Source of the DNA: Hypanus sabinus
Lineage: Eukaryota
Assembly: GCF_030144855.1 (NCBI RefSeq)
Contig: NC_082710.1
Span: 149,730,001-149,794,000 of the forward strand
Reading direction: 5' to 3'
DNA length: 64,000 nucleotides
How positions within the stretch are numbered: the first letter of the stretch is position 1; the number at the start of each line of letters is the position of its first letter. Made by a program: the position numbers and the translations under genes. Of this stretch, positions 13,845 to 26,000 are shown one piece after another. The notes under the pieces were generated by a model. That model was not told where the DNA came from and ran no database searches. It was given only the letters and a program-made list of their open reading frames with translations.

Positions 13845-13982
13845 CACCTACCCTCAAGCGCATATCAATAACAGACTGCACTCGAGTGAACGACAGAAGT
13901 TTGGTTTAATCGAAAACTGGTGGCAGATTGAACTGAACTGGTGCTGGACGAGGAGCGGTCGAGTTTGCGAGACCCGGGAGAT

Positions 13983-14049
13983 ATGGGAGCTGGGGTTTAT
14001 TTCTTTGTGTTGGCGACGGCTTTCACATGTGGAGCACAGGCTGGAGAGT
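13983..14049 (+). CDS. MHCIIA: MHC IIA exon 1 (signal peptide), coding part
   Basis: ATG in strong Kozak context (gatATGG); hydrophobic leader MGAGVYFFVLATAFTCGAQAGE; donor GTGAGT at 14050; T|AC junction gives Tyr in frame with exon 2; about 140 bp downstream of the Y box. Not in the ORF track. Confidence 0.9.
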
Positions 14050-17000
14050 GTGAGTTATCTGATAGTAACGTTTAAAGCATTTTACTGTTTGAACTCCCTG
14101 AAATCAGTTGGCATTATAATAGAGTATGAATTTATGTCTGTATCGGCCAAATATATGTTCTTAATCTTACAATACTGCGATGATTCTAATTTGTTTTAAC
14201 AGTGAACGCAGTCTGACAGTCTATCTATAAACCTGAGCCCACTGCTCGTCTCTATTGACAAATTGGGAACCGAGTTTATACTTTATGTCCCAAAATCAGA
14301 GAATTTGAGACGTTGGACCTTGATCCTTCCCGGAGAGAGGTCTGCAAACTGATCAGATTGACAGCAGGTTGAAAATTGTGTTAGTTGGGGAACTGTATGG
14401 GTTTCTAAAGAGTGGATCCGCTCACAAACCTGGAGGAATATCTGAAGAGGGGACTAAAGCAGCGGACGGGACAGGTCTGCCTGTTTTTATATCAACTTCA
14501 AGAAGAGAATTGCTGCTGACCAGAGCTAGTCCACGGAGATGAAGGGGAGTGCTGGCAGGAGACGAAAAATCGGGATAATGGCAATTCGGCCGGACAGGTG
14601 TGAAGGTCTAACTGCCCCGGGCACTGATTACAGCTTGTCGATGGGGTTCTGGGGTCCATGACGGCCCAGAGCGGGAGTTCTCTGTGTGGCGGCGTTAGAG
14701 CAATGAAGGGAGCGGCGAACCGAGTGATGGGTTCAGCCCGTACTAATATCCAGGCCGGAGCCAGATGGACGGAATAGCAACGTGGGAGGATTGAGGCAGT
14801 GGTCGAGGTCCGTGTACAGGGACCATTAAGGTGACAACACAGACTCGGAGGTACTGAACACGGCTGCTGAAGTTTGTGCCCCGAAACTGGAGTCTCAGTC
14901 CAGTAGGAGATTGGACACTGCGGTGGAAGGGTTGGGGGACGCACTGGCCAGTGAGGGAGGGAGTGTGGTCTGTATTCCCAGAACAGCAGCTGGATTACAC
15001 AGTTCAGACAGTTCCTCACTGGGGTTTACAGGCGAGGGGTGTCTCATATGTTTCTTTTAGGATATTTTCCCCCCGAACAGCGTAGAGGGAATTATCGGGG
15101 GCAGTATTTTTTTTTCACGGCCGTGTACAGGTGCGGGGCTACAAAAGAGCAAAATTACAAAAATACATTTATTGCAAATCACATTCTACAATACCACACC
15201 ATACATAGAGACAATAACAGTGACTAACACAAGCTAAAATAAAACGTGCCAATCCCTGTCAAGGACATTTACCGTTAACATCTCCATTGCACCCGTGGAC
15301 ACCGCGTGTTCCTTCTCCACGGTTTCCCGGGCACCGATACCCCCTTCCCCGGAACATCACCAGGCAGTCACCCCTGGTGGAACCCTCCGCTGCCCGCTTC
15401 CTGGTCCTACGGATAGCTACTTTTTTCCACTCCCAGGATATCCCGCTCCCTCCTTGCCTACCTCCGTACTGGATGGCCAAACTATGAAGAGGGTAGAGGT
15501 AAAATGCAACCAGAAGGCGAGGACCAGTCCCTTCCCCCTCTCCCCATCCACCCCCAGATATGCGAATAGGGCTGCAGCCTCGTGTACTCCATGTACATCC
15601 GGTACATAATCTCTTTCAGCCCATAGAAGTGACAAGTGGCTGGGAGATCCGTGTGCACTCACGAACTTCTACAGGGCAGAAACCCCCATCTCCACCCAGG
15701 TTCACACGTACAAGGGAAGGACATCTTCGTAAAGAGTGTTCCATTGCGCTCATAGATGGAAAAAAAAACAGACGGCATTCGTGTCGGGACAGTGACAAGG
15801 GCTAGGAATTAGAGGGTATGGGGTAGCAACCCATACTGTTATTTCCTACCGCATCTCTGAATGGCACTGGAAATGGCGATGAGGCATGGCTCAAATTCTG
15901 TGGGATTCATAACTCATTCATAACGCCGAATGATCGGAGGTGAGCCCAGCCCGAGTCCCTCCCCACACCTGAGTCACACCGACCTCCGTTGAGACAGGGC
16001 CGGGGGGTGGGGACGTCCCTCCTCCAGCGGAGACGTCTCCCGACCGGAGGGACAAGTTTCCAGATTTTAGCAGTCCTCAGAGACGCCGGGCAATGCCCGC
16101 GCAGACTGGCCGATGCCCCTTGGCAAGGCGAGGCTCTGCTGAGGTGTGACCGCTCAGCATCAGAGGGAGGGAGGGAGGTCAGTGTCGTGAAGGCGCGGCC
16201 TGGATTGCAACTGGAGCCAGGCTCGGGGTCAAAGGGAGGATTTCGGGAGGAGGACCAGGGGTGCGTGAATCAACGTGATGGGAGGAGGGGATTCGAAGGA
16301 GAGAAAAGAGCTTCATCTGTTGAGGTGTGAGAGAATTATCCCTCGCGTTGGGAAGTCCAGAATCACAGAATTAGAGCAAGTCCTTCGGGATTAAGTTGGG
16401 AAATAGTTCCGCACCAGAGTGTGGAAATATTAGAACTCTCTTCCTCGAGTGGTTATTAATGTGAGATTTTAATTTTACATAGAGTCATGGGGCACTACAG
16501 CAGAGAAACAGGCCATTCGGCCCTACTAGTCCTTGCTGATCTATTAATCAGCCTAGTCTCATTAACGAGCACCCAGTCAATTCTGATTGATGGTGTTTTG
16601 TTCCCCAATAAATTAAATAAGTAGTGCGAAAAAAGAGCGGAACAATGGAGGGGAAACAGTCGTGAGGTGGTGTTCGTGGGTTCATTGTTTATTCAGAAAT
16701 CTGACGGCGGAGGGGAAGAAGCTGTTTTTAAAACATTGAGTGTGTGTCTTCAGGCTCCTGTACTTCCTCCTTGATAGTAGAAATGAGAAGAAGGCATGAC
16801 CTGGAGCAACTCTTGTTTCTCGGAAATGGANNNNNNNNNNNNNNNNNNNNNNNNNNNNNNNNNNNNNNNNNNNNNNNNNNNNNNNNNNNNNNNNNNNNNN
16901 NNNNNNNNNNNNNNNNNNNNNNNNNNNNNNNNNNNNNNNNNNNNNNNNNNNNNNNNNNNNNNNNNNNNNNNNNNNNNNNNNNNNNNNNNNNNNNNNNNNN

Positions 17001-20000
17001 NNNNNNNNNNNNNNNNNNNNNNNNNNNNNNNNNNNNNNNNNNNNNNNNNNNNNNNNNNNNNNNNNNNNNNNNNNNNNNNNNNNNNNNNNNNNNNNNAGCG
17101 GAAAGAGAGAGATAGGGAGAGAGAGAAGCTGTCAAACTTTCCTCTTTGAATCTCTTATCTCTTAAGGCTTAGAATGTGAAAGGTGACAAATACGTTTCCA
17201 GAAAGAGACAAGAGAGAGGGTGAGACTGAGAGGAGCGGCACGAAGCAGGCCCAGTGTTGACATTAATCCTCACTCTATCCACCTCACCTACCCATTGGCT
17301 CAGTGTGTTCACTCATTGCGTTAAGATAGCTGTAACACCGGTCTGTCACGAAATTTGAGTTAGAAAACGTTCTGACTTATCTAGAAACAGTGGGTGGTTG
17401 ATAGACTCAGCGGGCCGAATGGCCTGTTTCCGTGTTTTACCTCTCTCTGTGCCGGGTGGAAATGGATGGTACGGAGTTGGATGTATCAGCCGGTGTAAAC
17501 GTACTGTCTCGGTCTGGGACACTGGTGTATGAACAGGTCCTGGTAGCAGTGGGATATTACACCGGAATTGATCCATTTTTTCCCTGGTTAACCTGACATC
17601 TGGTGTCTTTACCAGCCCTGGGTGTGGTGGAGGGATTGTAAATAATGAACAAAACTGACAGCAGAGTCAGAGGTTAGATTTAGATTTAGATTTTCTGTCT
17701 GTGGGTGAAGCTGTGAGGTGAGTTGAAGTTGTGTTTCCTCTCCTGAGGTCAGAGGGTGGTCACTTCATCAGCTGGGTCAGGTGGGTCTGTTGAAGGGTGA
17801 CCTCACTGAGACCTGTGCTATGTCCAACATGCTGGTCCTGTATGATTTGGAGCTTTCCTCACCTTACCTCACCCTCATCCATTAGTTATGGAGAAGGCAG
17901 GGAGAAGCCCACAGACATGGTAAGGCCGGAGTAGGCCCAGCAGACTCCTACTATAGGCAGATTCCTCTTCCCAAATATACACCACCATTTGTGTGAGGAG
18001 CTAACCCAAATGTCCCTTTTAAATTGTCACCTCTAATCTTAAACCTCTGCTGTCTTGCTTTTAGCACTCTTTCCCTGTGAAAAAGACTATATGCTTTCAT
18101 ACTGTCTGTGCCCCTCATGGACTTATCAGGTCACCTCTCAATCTCCTACATTCCATGGAATAAAGTCCTAGTCAATGCAACCTTTCCTTGTACCTCAGGT
18201 CTCTAAGTCCAGGCAACATGCTTGTAAATCTGTTCTGCATTCTTTCTAGTTTAGTAACATCTTTCCTATAGCAGAGTGACCAAAATTACCAACAGGGAAC
18301 TTGCACTTAATTTGCTTCAGTCATAGGATAATTCCTCACAGAAGCAGGCCATTCAGACAATCTCATCCATACAGGCTAACACATTTCCATGTACATTCAT
18401 TCCATTTATCAGCACTTAGTCCAGAGCCTTCTCTGCCTTAATGAATCCACTACTCAGACCAATGTTTTTCAAATGCTGTGAGAGTCTCTGCCTTCATCAC
18501 CCCCTAAGTTCCAGATTTCAATGACCCTGTCAGATGAAAGTTTTTCCTCAGATCTCAATGTAAATCTGCTGGTTTCTGTAGATTCAGCATGTTATCTATA
18601 ACTTTGATGAACTTCTATAAATGTACAGTGGAGAGTGGTTGCATCATGGCCTGGTATGGGAACACCAATGCCCAAGAACAGAAAAGCTTACAAAATTTGT
18701 TGGTTGGATACAGTCCAGTCCATCACAGGAAAAGTTCTCCCCATCATTGAGCACATCTACAATGAGCACTGCCACAGGAAAGCAGCATTCCCAATCATCC
18801 AAGCCATGTTCTCTTCTATTGCTGCAATCAGGAAGGAGGTACAGGAGCCTTAGGTCCCACACCATCAGGTTCAGGAACAGTTATTATCTTTCAACCATCA
18901 GGCTCCTGAATGAGCGTGGATAAATTCACTCAGCACAACTCTGAACTGATCGTTGAATACAACCTATGGACTTTCAAGGACTCTGAAACTCATGTCCTCA
19001 GTATTGTTGATTTACTGTATCTATTTATTTATTATTATTATTGTCTTTGCACAGTTTGTTTTCTTTTGCATGTTGGTTGCTTGTCAGTCTTTGTTTGTGT
19101 GTAGTTTTTCATTGATTTTATTGTATTTGTTTGTTCTGCTGTGAATGTCTGCAAGAAAATTAATCTCAAAGTAGTATATGGTGACATGTATATACATTGA
19201 TATTAAATTTACATTAAACTTTGAATGTGAAATGACAGCATTTAACAGGGTGATATTGTGAATGTTAGAGTCCTCAGTCTCCCAACATGGTGCAGCACTG
19301 GGATTAGGACAGGAAGATTTCTTCTCCCCTTCTTCCCTCCCCCAGTGTCTCTCACTCGCACACTGGGAAGCCTCACTCTCTGATCTTGATCTTACTCACC
19401 AGTCTTGAATCCTTCTCTGTCACCACTTGGTCCCTGATTATTTTCACTGCCCTGAAGGTTAATGACAGTGGATCATATTTGCTATAGTTGTGCAGCACAG
19501 AAAGATGCTTCGGATCCCACCAAATGTTGAATTTCCCCCTGGGGATGAATAAAGTATCTATCTAATTTAATCTAAATCCACATTGACAAGACTGTTAACA
19601 TGATCAGTAAGTCTGCATTTGACAACTAAATTGGTGGTTTTAGTGGACAGTGAAGAAATTTGTTTTTGAAGAAATTTAACTTTGACAAATATGAAGTGAT
19701 TTATTTTGGTCAATTAAACCATGGCAAAACTTATACGATGTTGGCAGATCCCTAGGGACTGTTGCAGACAGAAAGATCTGGGAGTACAGGTACATGGTTC
19801 TCTGAAATTGATAGCACAGGTAGACAGGGTGATGAAGAAGACGCTTCACATACTGGCCTTCATCAGTTGAAGCACTGAGTACAGGAATCGGACATCATTA
19901 TAGCAGACATTGATTAGATCACATTTTGAGTACTGCATACAGTTCTGGTTCCCCCAGCAAAGGGAAGGAAGTCATTATGCTGGAAAGAGTGCAGTAATGA

Positions 20001-23000
20001 TGGACTGGATGATGGGGTGGTAAATTGAATTAGTAAGTATGCCAATGATACTAAGGTAGGAGGTGTTGTGGATAATGAGGTGGGTTTTCAAAGCTTGCAG
20101 CGAGTTTTTTGCCGGTTAGAAGAATGGGCTGAACGTTGGCAGATGGAGTTTAATGCTGAGAAGTGTGAAGTTCTACATTTTGGCAGGAATAATCCAAATA
20201 GAACATACAGGGTAAATGGTAGGGCATTGAGGAATGCAGTGGAACAGAGAGATCTAGGAATAACAGTGCATAGTTCCCTGAAGGTGGAGTCTCATGTAGA
20301 TAGGGTGGTGAAGAAGGCTTTTGGAACGCTGGCCTTTATAAATCAAAGCATTGAGTACAGAAGTTGGGATGTAATGTTAAAATTGTACAAGGCATTGGTA
20401 AGGCCTTGTGCACAGTTCTGGTCACCGAATCATAGGAAAGATATCAATAAGTTAGAAAGAGTGCAGAGATGATTTACTAGGATGTTACCTGGGTTTCAGC
20501 ACTTAAGTTACAGAGAAAGGTTGAACAAGTTAGGTCTCTATTCATTGGAGCGTAGAAGGTTGAGGGGGGATTTGATCGAGGTATTTAAAATTTTGAGAGG
20601 GATAGATAGAGTTGATGTGAATAGGCTGTTTCCATTGAGAGTAGGGGAGATTCAAACGAGAGGACATGATTAGAGAGTTAGGGGGCAAAAGTTTAAGGGA
20701 AACATGAGGGGGTATTTCTTTACTCAGAGAGTGATAGCTGTGTGGAATGAGCTTCCTTTAGAAGTAGTAGAGGCCAATTCAGTTGTGTCATTTAAGGTAA
20801 AATTGGATAGGTATATGGACAGGAAAGGAGTGGAGGGTTATGGGCTGAGTGCAGGTAGGTGGGACTAGGTGAGATTAAGAGTTCGGCAAGGACTAGGAGG
20901 GCCGAGATGGCCTGTTTCCATGCTGTGATTGTTATATGGTTAAAGATTCAGAAAGACATTAAGGAGAGACTGGGACTTGCTCCCCCAGAGCGTACGATGT
21001 TGAGGGATGCGCTTAAAGAAATATATAAAATCATGAGGGAAATAGATAATGTTAAGGGTTACTGTCTTTTCCCCAGGTTAGGGGAGTCTAAAACTCGAGG
21101 GGATATACTTTACATGAGAGGGGAAGATTTAAAAGAGACCTGAGGAGCAACTTCTCCACTAAGAGAGACACCGTTACAATTACAATGTTTATTTTTATAA
21201 CAAAATAAACTTTATTTATAAAATAAGTACAATGTTTAAATGACATTTAGGAAGGCACTTGGATAGAAAAAATCCAGAGAGACATGAGCCAAATACAAGC
21301 AAATGGGACTAGCTCAGACATCTTTGCCCGGTGAAAGAGTTGGGTCGAAAGACAGGTATTCCTATCTGTTTCGAACTACGTTGACCCCTGACCCCGAAAC
21401 CTTCATCCAGCAACGTCAAGGGTCAAAGTGTTGATTTATCTGAAAGGTGAATATTGCCGGAGCTTAATTGGTTTGCATTGTGAATACACCAGCTGGTCGT
21501 CACCATCTCCCGGCCCGGGATACTCAGTCCGTCCGGAATTTGCTAGCCCGGTACCCCTGGCAGTCAGAGAGCTGTCGAGAAAAGCAACTGATGTCCGCAA
21601 CGACTATTTACTCTGTCGCGACCACTGACGCTGTCAATCACCAGGCTCACCATGGGATCGCAGACTCGGCCGCCAGAGGGCGCACGGTGACCGACTGCCA
21701 GTCACAAACAGGAGAAAATCTGCAGATGCTGGAAATTATCGAGCAACAAATACAAAATGCTGCAGGAAGTCAACAGGCCAGTCGGCATCAATGAAAAGAG
21801 TACAGTCGACGTTTCGGTCCGAAACCCTTCGGCTGACTGCCAGTCACGTGGATACTCCCAGCCCACAGGGAACAACATCCAGCTTTGTAATTGGTGATTG
21901 ATTGCGGTGTCCGTGGGCTATCCTGAAAAATCCTGCCATGCATAAATACATTAAAGTAATAAAAGTAAAAACAGAATGTAAAATAAAGTGTTACAGGTAT
22001 AGAGAAAGTGCAGTGCAGCCGTGTAACTGGACTCGAAAACTTGCAGCAACACACAAAATGCTGGAGGAACTCAGAAGGCCAGGCAGCATCTATGGAAACG
22101 AATGCTGTCGACGTTTCGGGCGAGACCCTTCAGCAGGACTGAAAACTCGCACTCATTCCTCTATTATATTTACTTGTATATAATGAGAACAGCATAGCCC
22201 ATGTCATCCACACTGTTCTGAAATCTGGTCAGAGGAATGTCATTTTTATACTTAGTTGACTAGCATATACGGATATTGACCATTTGGTTCGCTATGTTCA
22301 ATTTCCTTACTTGCGTGATCAATCACTATTCACAATACAGGTGTTAAAATCAATAGAAACTATAAGCTAACAATGAATTAAACTTTTTAGGTAGTAAAGT
22401 TATTGTCCCTTAATTTGTGTATCCTTTCTGTTACATCCTTACCTTGCCTCTATGTAAATGGCTCTGGTTCCCTGCTGTACAAAGAGAAGCTAGTCTCTTC
22501 AGACCCTTCTAGCCTGGGCTGACTGCACACTAACCATCCTTGCCTGGAGATGTCTTCAGCCTTTCCTTTCTGCAACTTCCACAGAGGCAGACAGTGAGAA
22601 GCAAGATCATAATGAGGTAGATACTGAGGTTAAGCAGCAATTTCATTGTACCAAGTAACCATTCAATACTCTTACCACAGTGTGGTAGAAGCTATCCTTG
22701 AGCCTGGCCTTTGATCAAGCTGTTTGCATGACCAAGACAACAAGAACTGTAGACAGTTTATGGAGTTGTGTGATAGGTTTGACAGTGTTCAAAACTTTTT
22801 GCAATATCCTGTGGTCTTGGACAGAGCAGTTCCATACCAAGTTGTGTTGCATCTGGAAAGGATGCTCTCTATGGTGTATTTGTAAAAACAGGAAAAAGTC
22901 ATCATAGATGTGCCAAATTTCCTTAGGCTTCTGAGAAATCGACGCATTGATCTGCCTTCTTTGCTGTAGCATCAATGTGGTTGGACCAGGACAAGCTGTT

Positions 23001-26000
23001 GGTGAAAATTACACCTGGGAACTTGAAGTTCTCGGCCGTCTCCACCTCAGCACCATTGATACGGACAGGAGCATGGGCACCGTCCACCACGAAGTCAATG
23101 GCTAGCTCTTTTGTTGACATTGAGGGAAAGGTTGTTGTAATGACACCGCGATACTAAGCTCTATGTCTCCTTCCTGTACTCCAACTCATCGTTATTATAG
23201 ACGCGGTCCACTACAATGGTATCTACAGGAGAACTACGCTAGTGTAGTGGTTAGCACGACATTGTTACAGCTTGGAGCTTCAGAGTTCACAGTTCAATTC
23301 CTGCATCTTCTCTGTGCAAATTTGTATGTTCCTTTCCATGTACATGGGGGTTTCCTCTGGGTGCTCCAGTTTCCTCCCACTGTCTAAGGTAGTAGGTTAA
23401 TATGTTAATAGGTAATTTTAAATTGCCCTATTATTAGGCTAGGGTTAAATCAGTGGGTTGCTGGGCAGCACGGCTCGAAGTACTGGAAGGGCCTATTCCA
23501 CACAGTATCTCTAATTAAAATAAAATAAATAAATAAAAATAGATCAACTGCAAACGAATTGATGGAGTTGGAATAAAATTTGCTCTTTGAGATGTGTGTG
23601 TACAAGGAGTAAAGAAGGGAGCTGGAGACGCAGCCTTGTGGGGCTCCAGTGTTTAGAATAATCGTGTTGGAAGTGTTGCTGTCTATCTTTACTGACTGTG
23701 GTCTCTTGTTCAGGAAGCCAAAGACCCAGTTACAAGACAGGCATTGAGTCCCAAGTCTGGAGTTTGCAAATGAGTTTGCTTAGAATTATAGTATTGAAGG
23801 TGGAAATGTAGTCAATAAACAAGAATCTAATATTAAAAACACAAACACGAGGAAATCTGCAGATGTTGGAAATTCAAACAGCGCACACAAAATGCTGGTG
23901 GAATGCAGCAGGTCAGGCAGCATCTACAGGGAGAAGCACTGTCGATGTTTCAGGCCGAGACCCTTTGTCTTGGCCTGATACATCAGCTGTATCTCTTCCT
24001 AAAGAATCTAACATTGGTATCTTTATGGTCCAGATGCCCCAGATGAGTGTAGAACCAGGGAGGTGGTATCTGTCATGGATCTGTTTACTTACTGCAGAGT
24101 AGGTAAATTGCAGTGTGTCAAGGTTGTTTGGGAGGCTAGAATTGTCATGTGCCGTCACCAGCCTCCTGAATTACTTCATCAAGGCATTTTACTTTAGTCT
24201 TCTTTGACACCTGAATGATACTGGTCTTCTTAAAGCAGGTGGGAACCTCAGATTGAAGCAGAGAGAGCTTGAAAATGTCTGCAAATACCCCCACCAGCTG
24301 ATCTGTGAGGATTGAAATACGCGGCTGGCTACACTATCCAGGCCCAGTGCTTTCTGCAAGTTCATACTCCCAAAAACTGATCTCACACCTGCAACAGCGA
24401 CTGTAGGCTCGTGCATTGGTCTGTCAGGGTGGGTGGTGACATTCCAATCCCTTTCGATTAAAAATGTGCACAGAATGTGTTAAGCACGTTGAGGATGGAT
24501 GCATTATTGTCAGCAATATTGTCTAGTTTCATTTTGGGGACTGTTCTAAGGTGCCCTGTAAGAAATGATGTTCGGCAGGGCCTATAGCATGATCTGCATC
24601 TATTGGCATTTCTATTATGGTTACAAAGACCAGTCTTTGATTTCATGCAGGGTTACCTGACTTGCAAACCCCAGACCTAGATATAGTAGGGAGTAGATCT
24701 CCTTGTTCATCCATGATTTCCAGTTCAGGAACACCAAGTTTTACCACAGTCCTCAGCACATTGGCTGATAAAGTCTGTGACAGTGGAGATATATTCATCT
24801 TAATTGGCTGCTGAGACTTTGATTATGGACTAGTCTACTGAGTATGGAAGCATTTCTCAGACCGGCACTGTATAACATTCCATACTGGATCTTCCTGTTT
24901 CAGTTCCTGTTTGTATGCAAGCAGTAGGAGCACAGCTTGGTAGTCTGACTTACCTAAGTGTGTGTTGGGGAGGGGAGGGGAGGTTGTGGATTGGTTTGGT
25001 AGGCATCATCGATGGTTGTGTAGCAATGGTTAAGGATGTTTGGACCTTTGTGGGACAGGAGATGTGTTGTTAGTATTTTGGTAACACACTCTTAAAGCCC
25101 CTGGTTATGATGAAGAGGACCCCAGGGTATCCCGCCTCAGGGCTGTTGATCGTGAAGTATTACTCATTGAGTGCAGGCTTCAGAAACACCTAGGGTGGGA
25201 TACAGACAGCTGAAGTGAACTCCAGTGGCAGGCAGTACAGACAGCACTTCACTGTTTGATATGGCAAATTAGGTGAGCAGGAACTCATGCAAATGAGTTG
25301 ATTAGGAAGCAAAGTCCTCCACCTCTTGCTTTGGCCGAGGATGCTGTCTAGTCCATCTGATGAATTGAGAAGTTCTTAGGTTGAAGGGCACAGTCAGGTG
25401 AAGCCAGCGTGAGTCTCATTTCAGTGAGACAGAGTACACAGCAGACCCTGAGTTCCTTTTAATAAATGAGTGTAGCTTTAAATTCATCTAGTTTGTTTAC
25501 TATTGCCAGGACATGTGCCAGGTTTATACTGGGGTGGGGGCATTTGAAACTCTGTTGTTTCAGGCTCACTGCAGCCCAGCGCTTCTCCCACATTTCCTGG
25601 GAGAATGACTGCTTTTGGTCAGCCCAGGAACTGGAGTGTGGAATCACTGTTCCAGAAGATAGTCAAAGACACCAGGTGAAGTCCAGGAATCAGTTCACAG
25701 TGTTGGGTGCTCTGGACATTTGGTCTTTAATATCAGGTCACGGTGCTGGTGTTCCACATTATCAGGCCTTTCGTTCAGTTGTGTCCGGGATGGGATTGTG
25801 AGGTAGGCCACGCACACTGATCAACGTTCATGTCTGGGTCAGACCTTCAAAAGTCTGGTAGGTCACTCATCCATCCAAGCATTGGAGACTGCATTTCCTG
25901 TAACTGGGGACCATTTTCGGCCTCACTGATTGGATCCATTTGGGTTCAGGAGATTTAAGAGAACATTTTACAAACATCTTACAGTCTTAGGAATTGAGAT

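Larger units (their letters stand above)
13600..17550. promoter_or_regulatory. CpG-rich domain over the promoter, exon 1 and proximal intron 1
   Basis: Visibly more CG dinucleotides than the CpG-depleted flanks; ratio not computed. Confidence 0.55.

Noticed and set aside
14498-15019. 173-aa minus-strand ORF in intron 1
   Set aside because: No recognisable domain or splice support; long ORFs arise by chance in GC-rich DNA.
15287-16330. Several overlapping ORFs in the CpG-rich region
   Set aside because: 15150-15930 is Tx1 LINE sequence; the rest has no homology or exon signals that I can recognise.
16728-17149. ORFs spanning the N run
   Set aside because: Artefacts of the assembly gap.
23229-23310. 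tRNA gene
   Set aside because: It is the tRNA-derived head of a V-SINE, with no complete cloverleaf.
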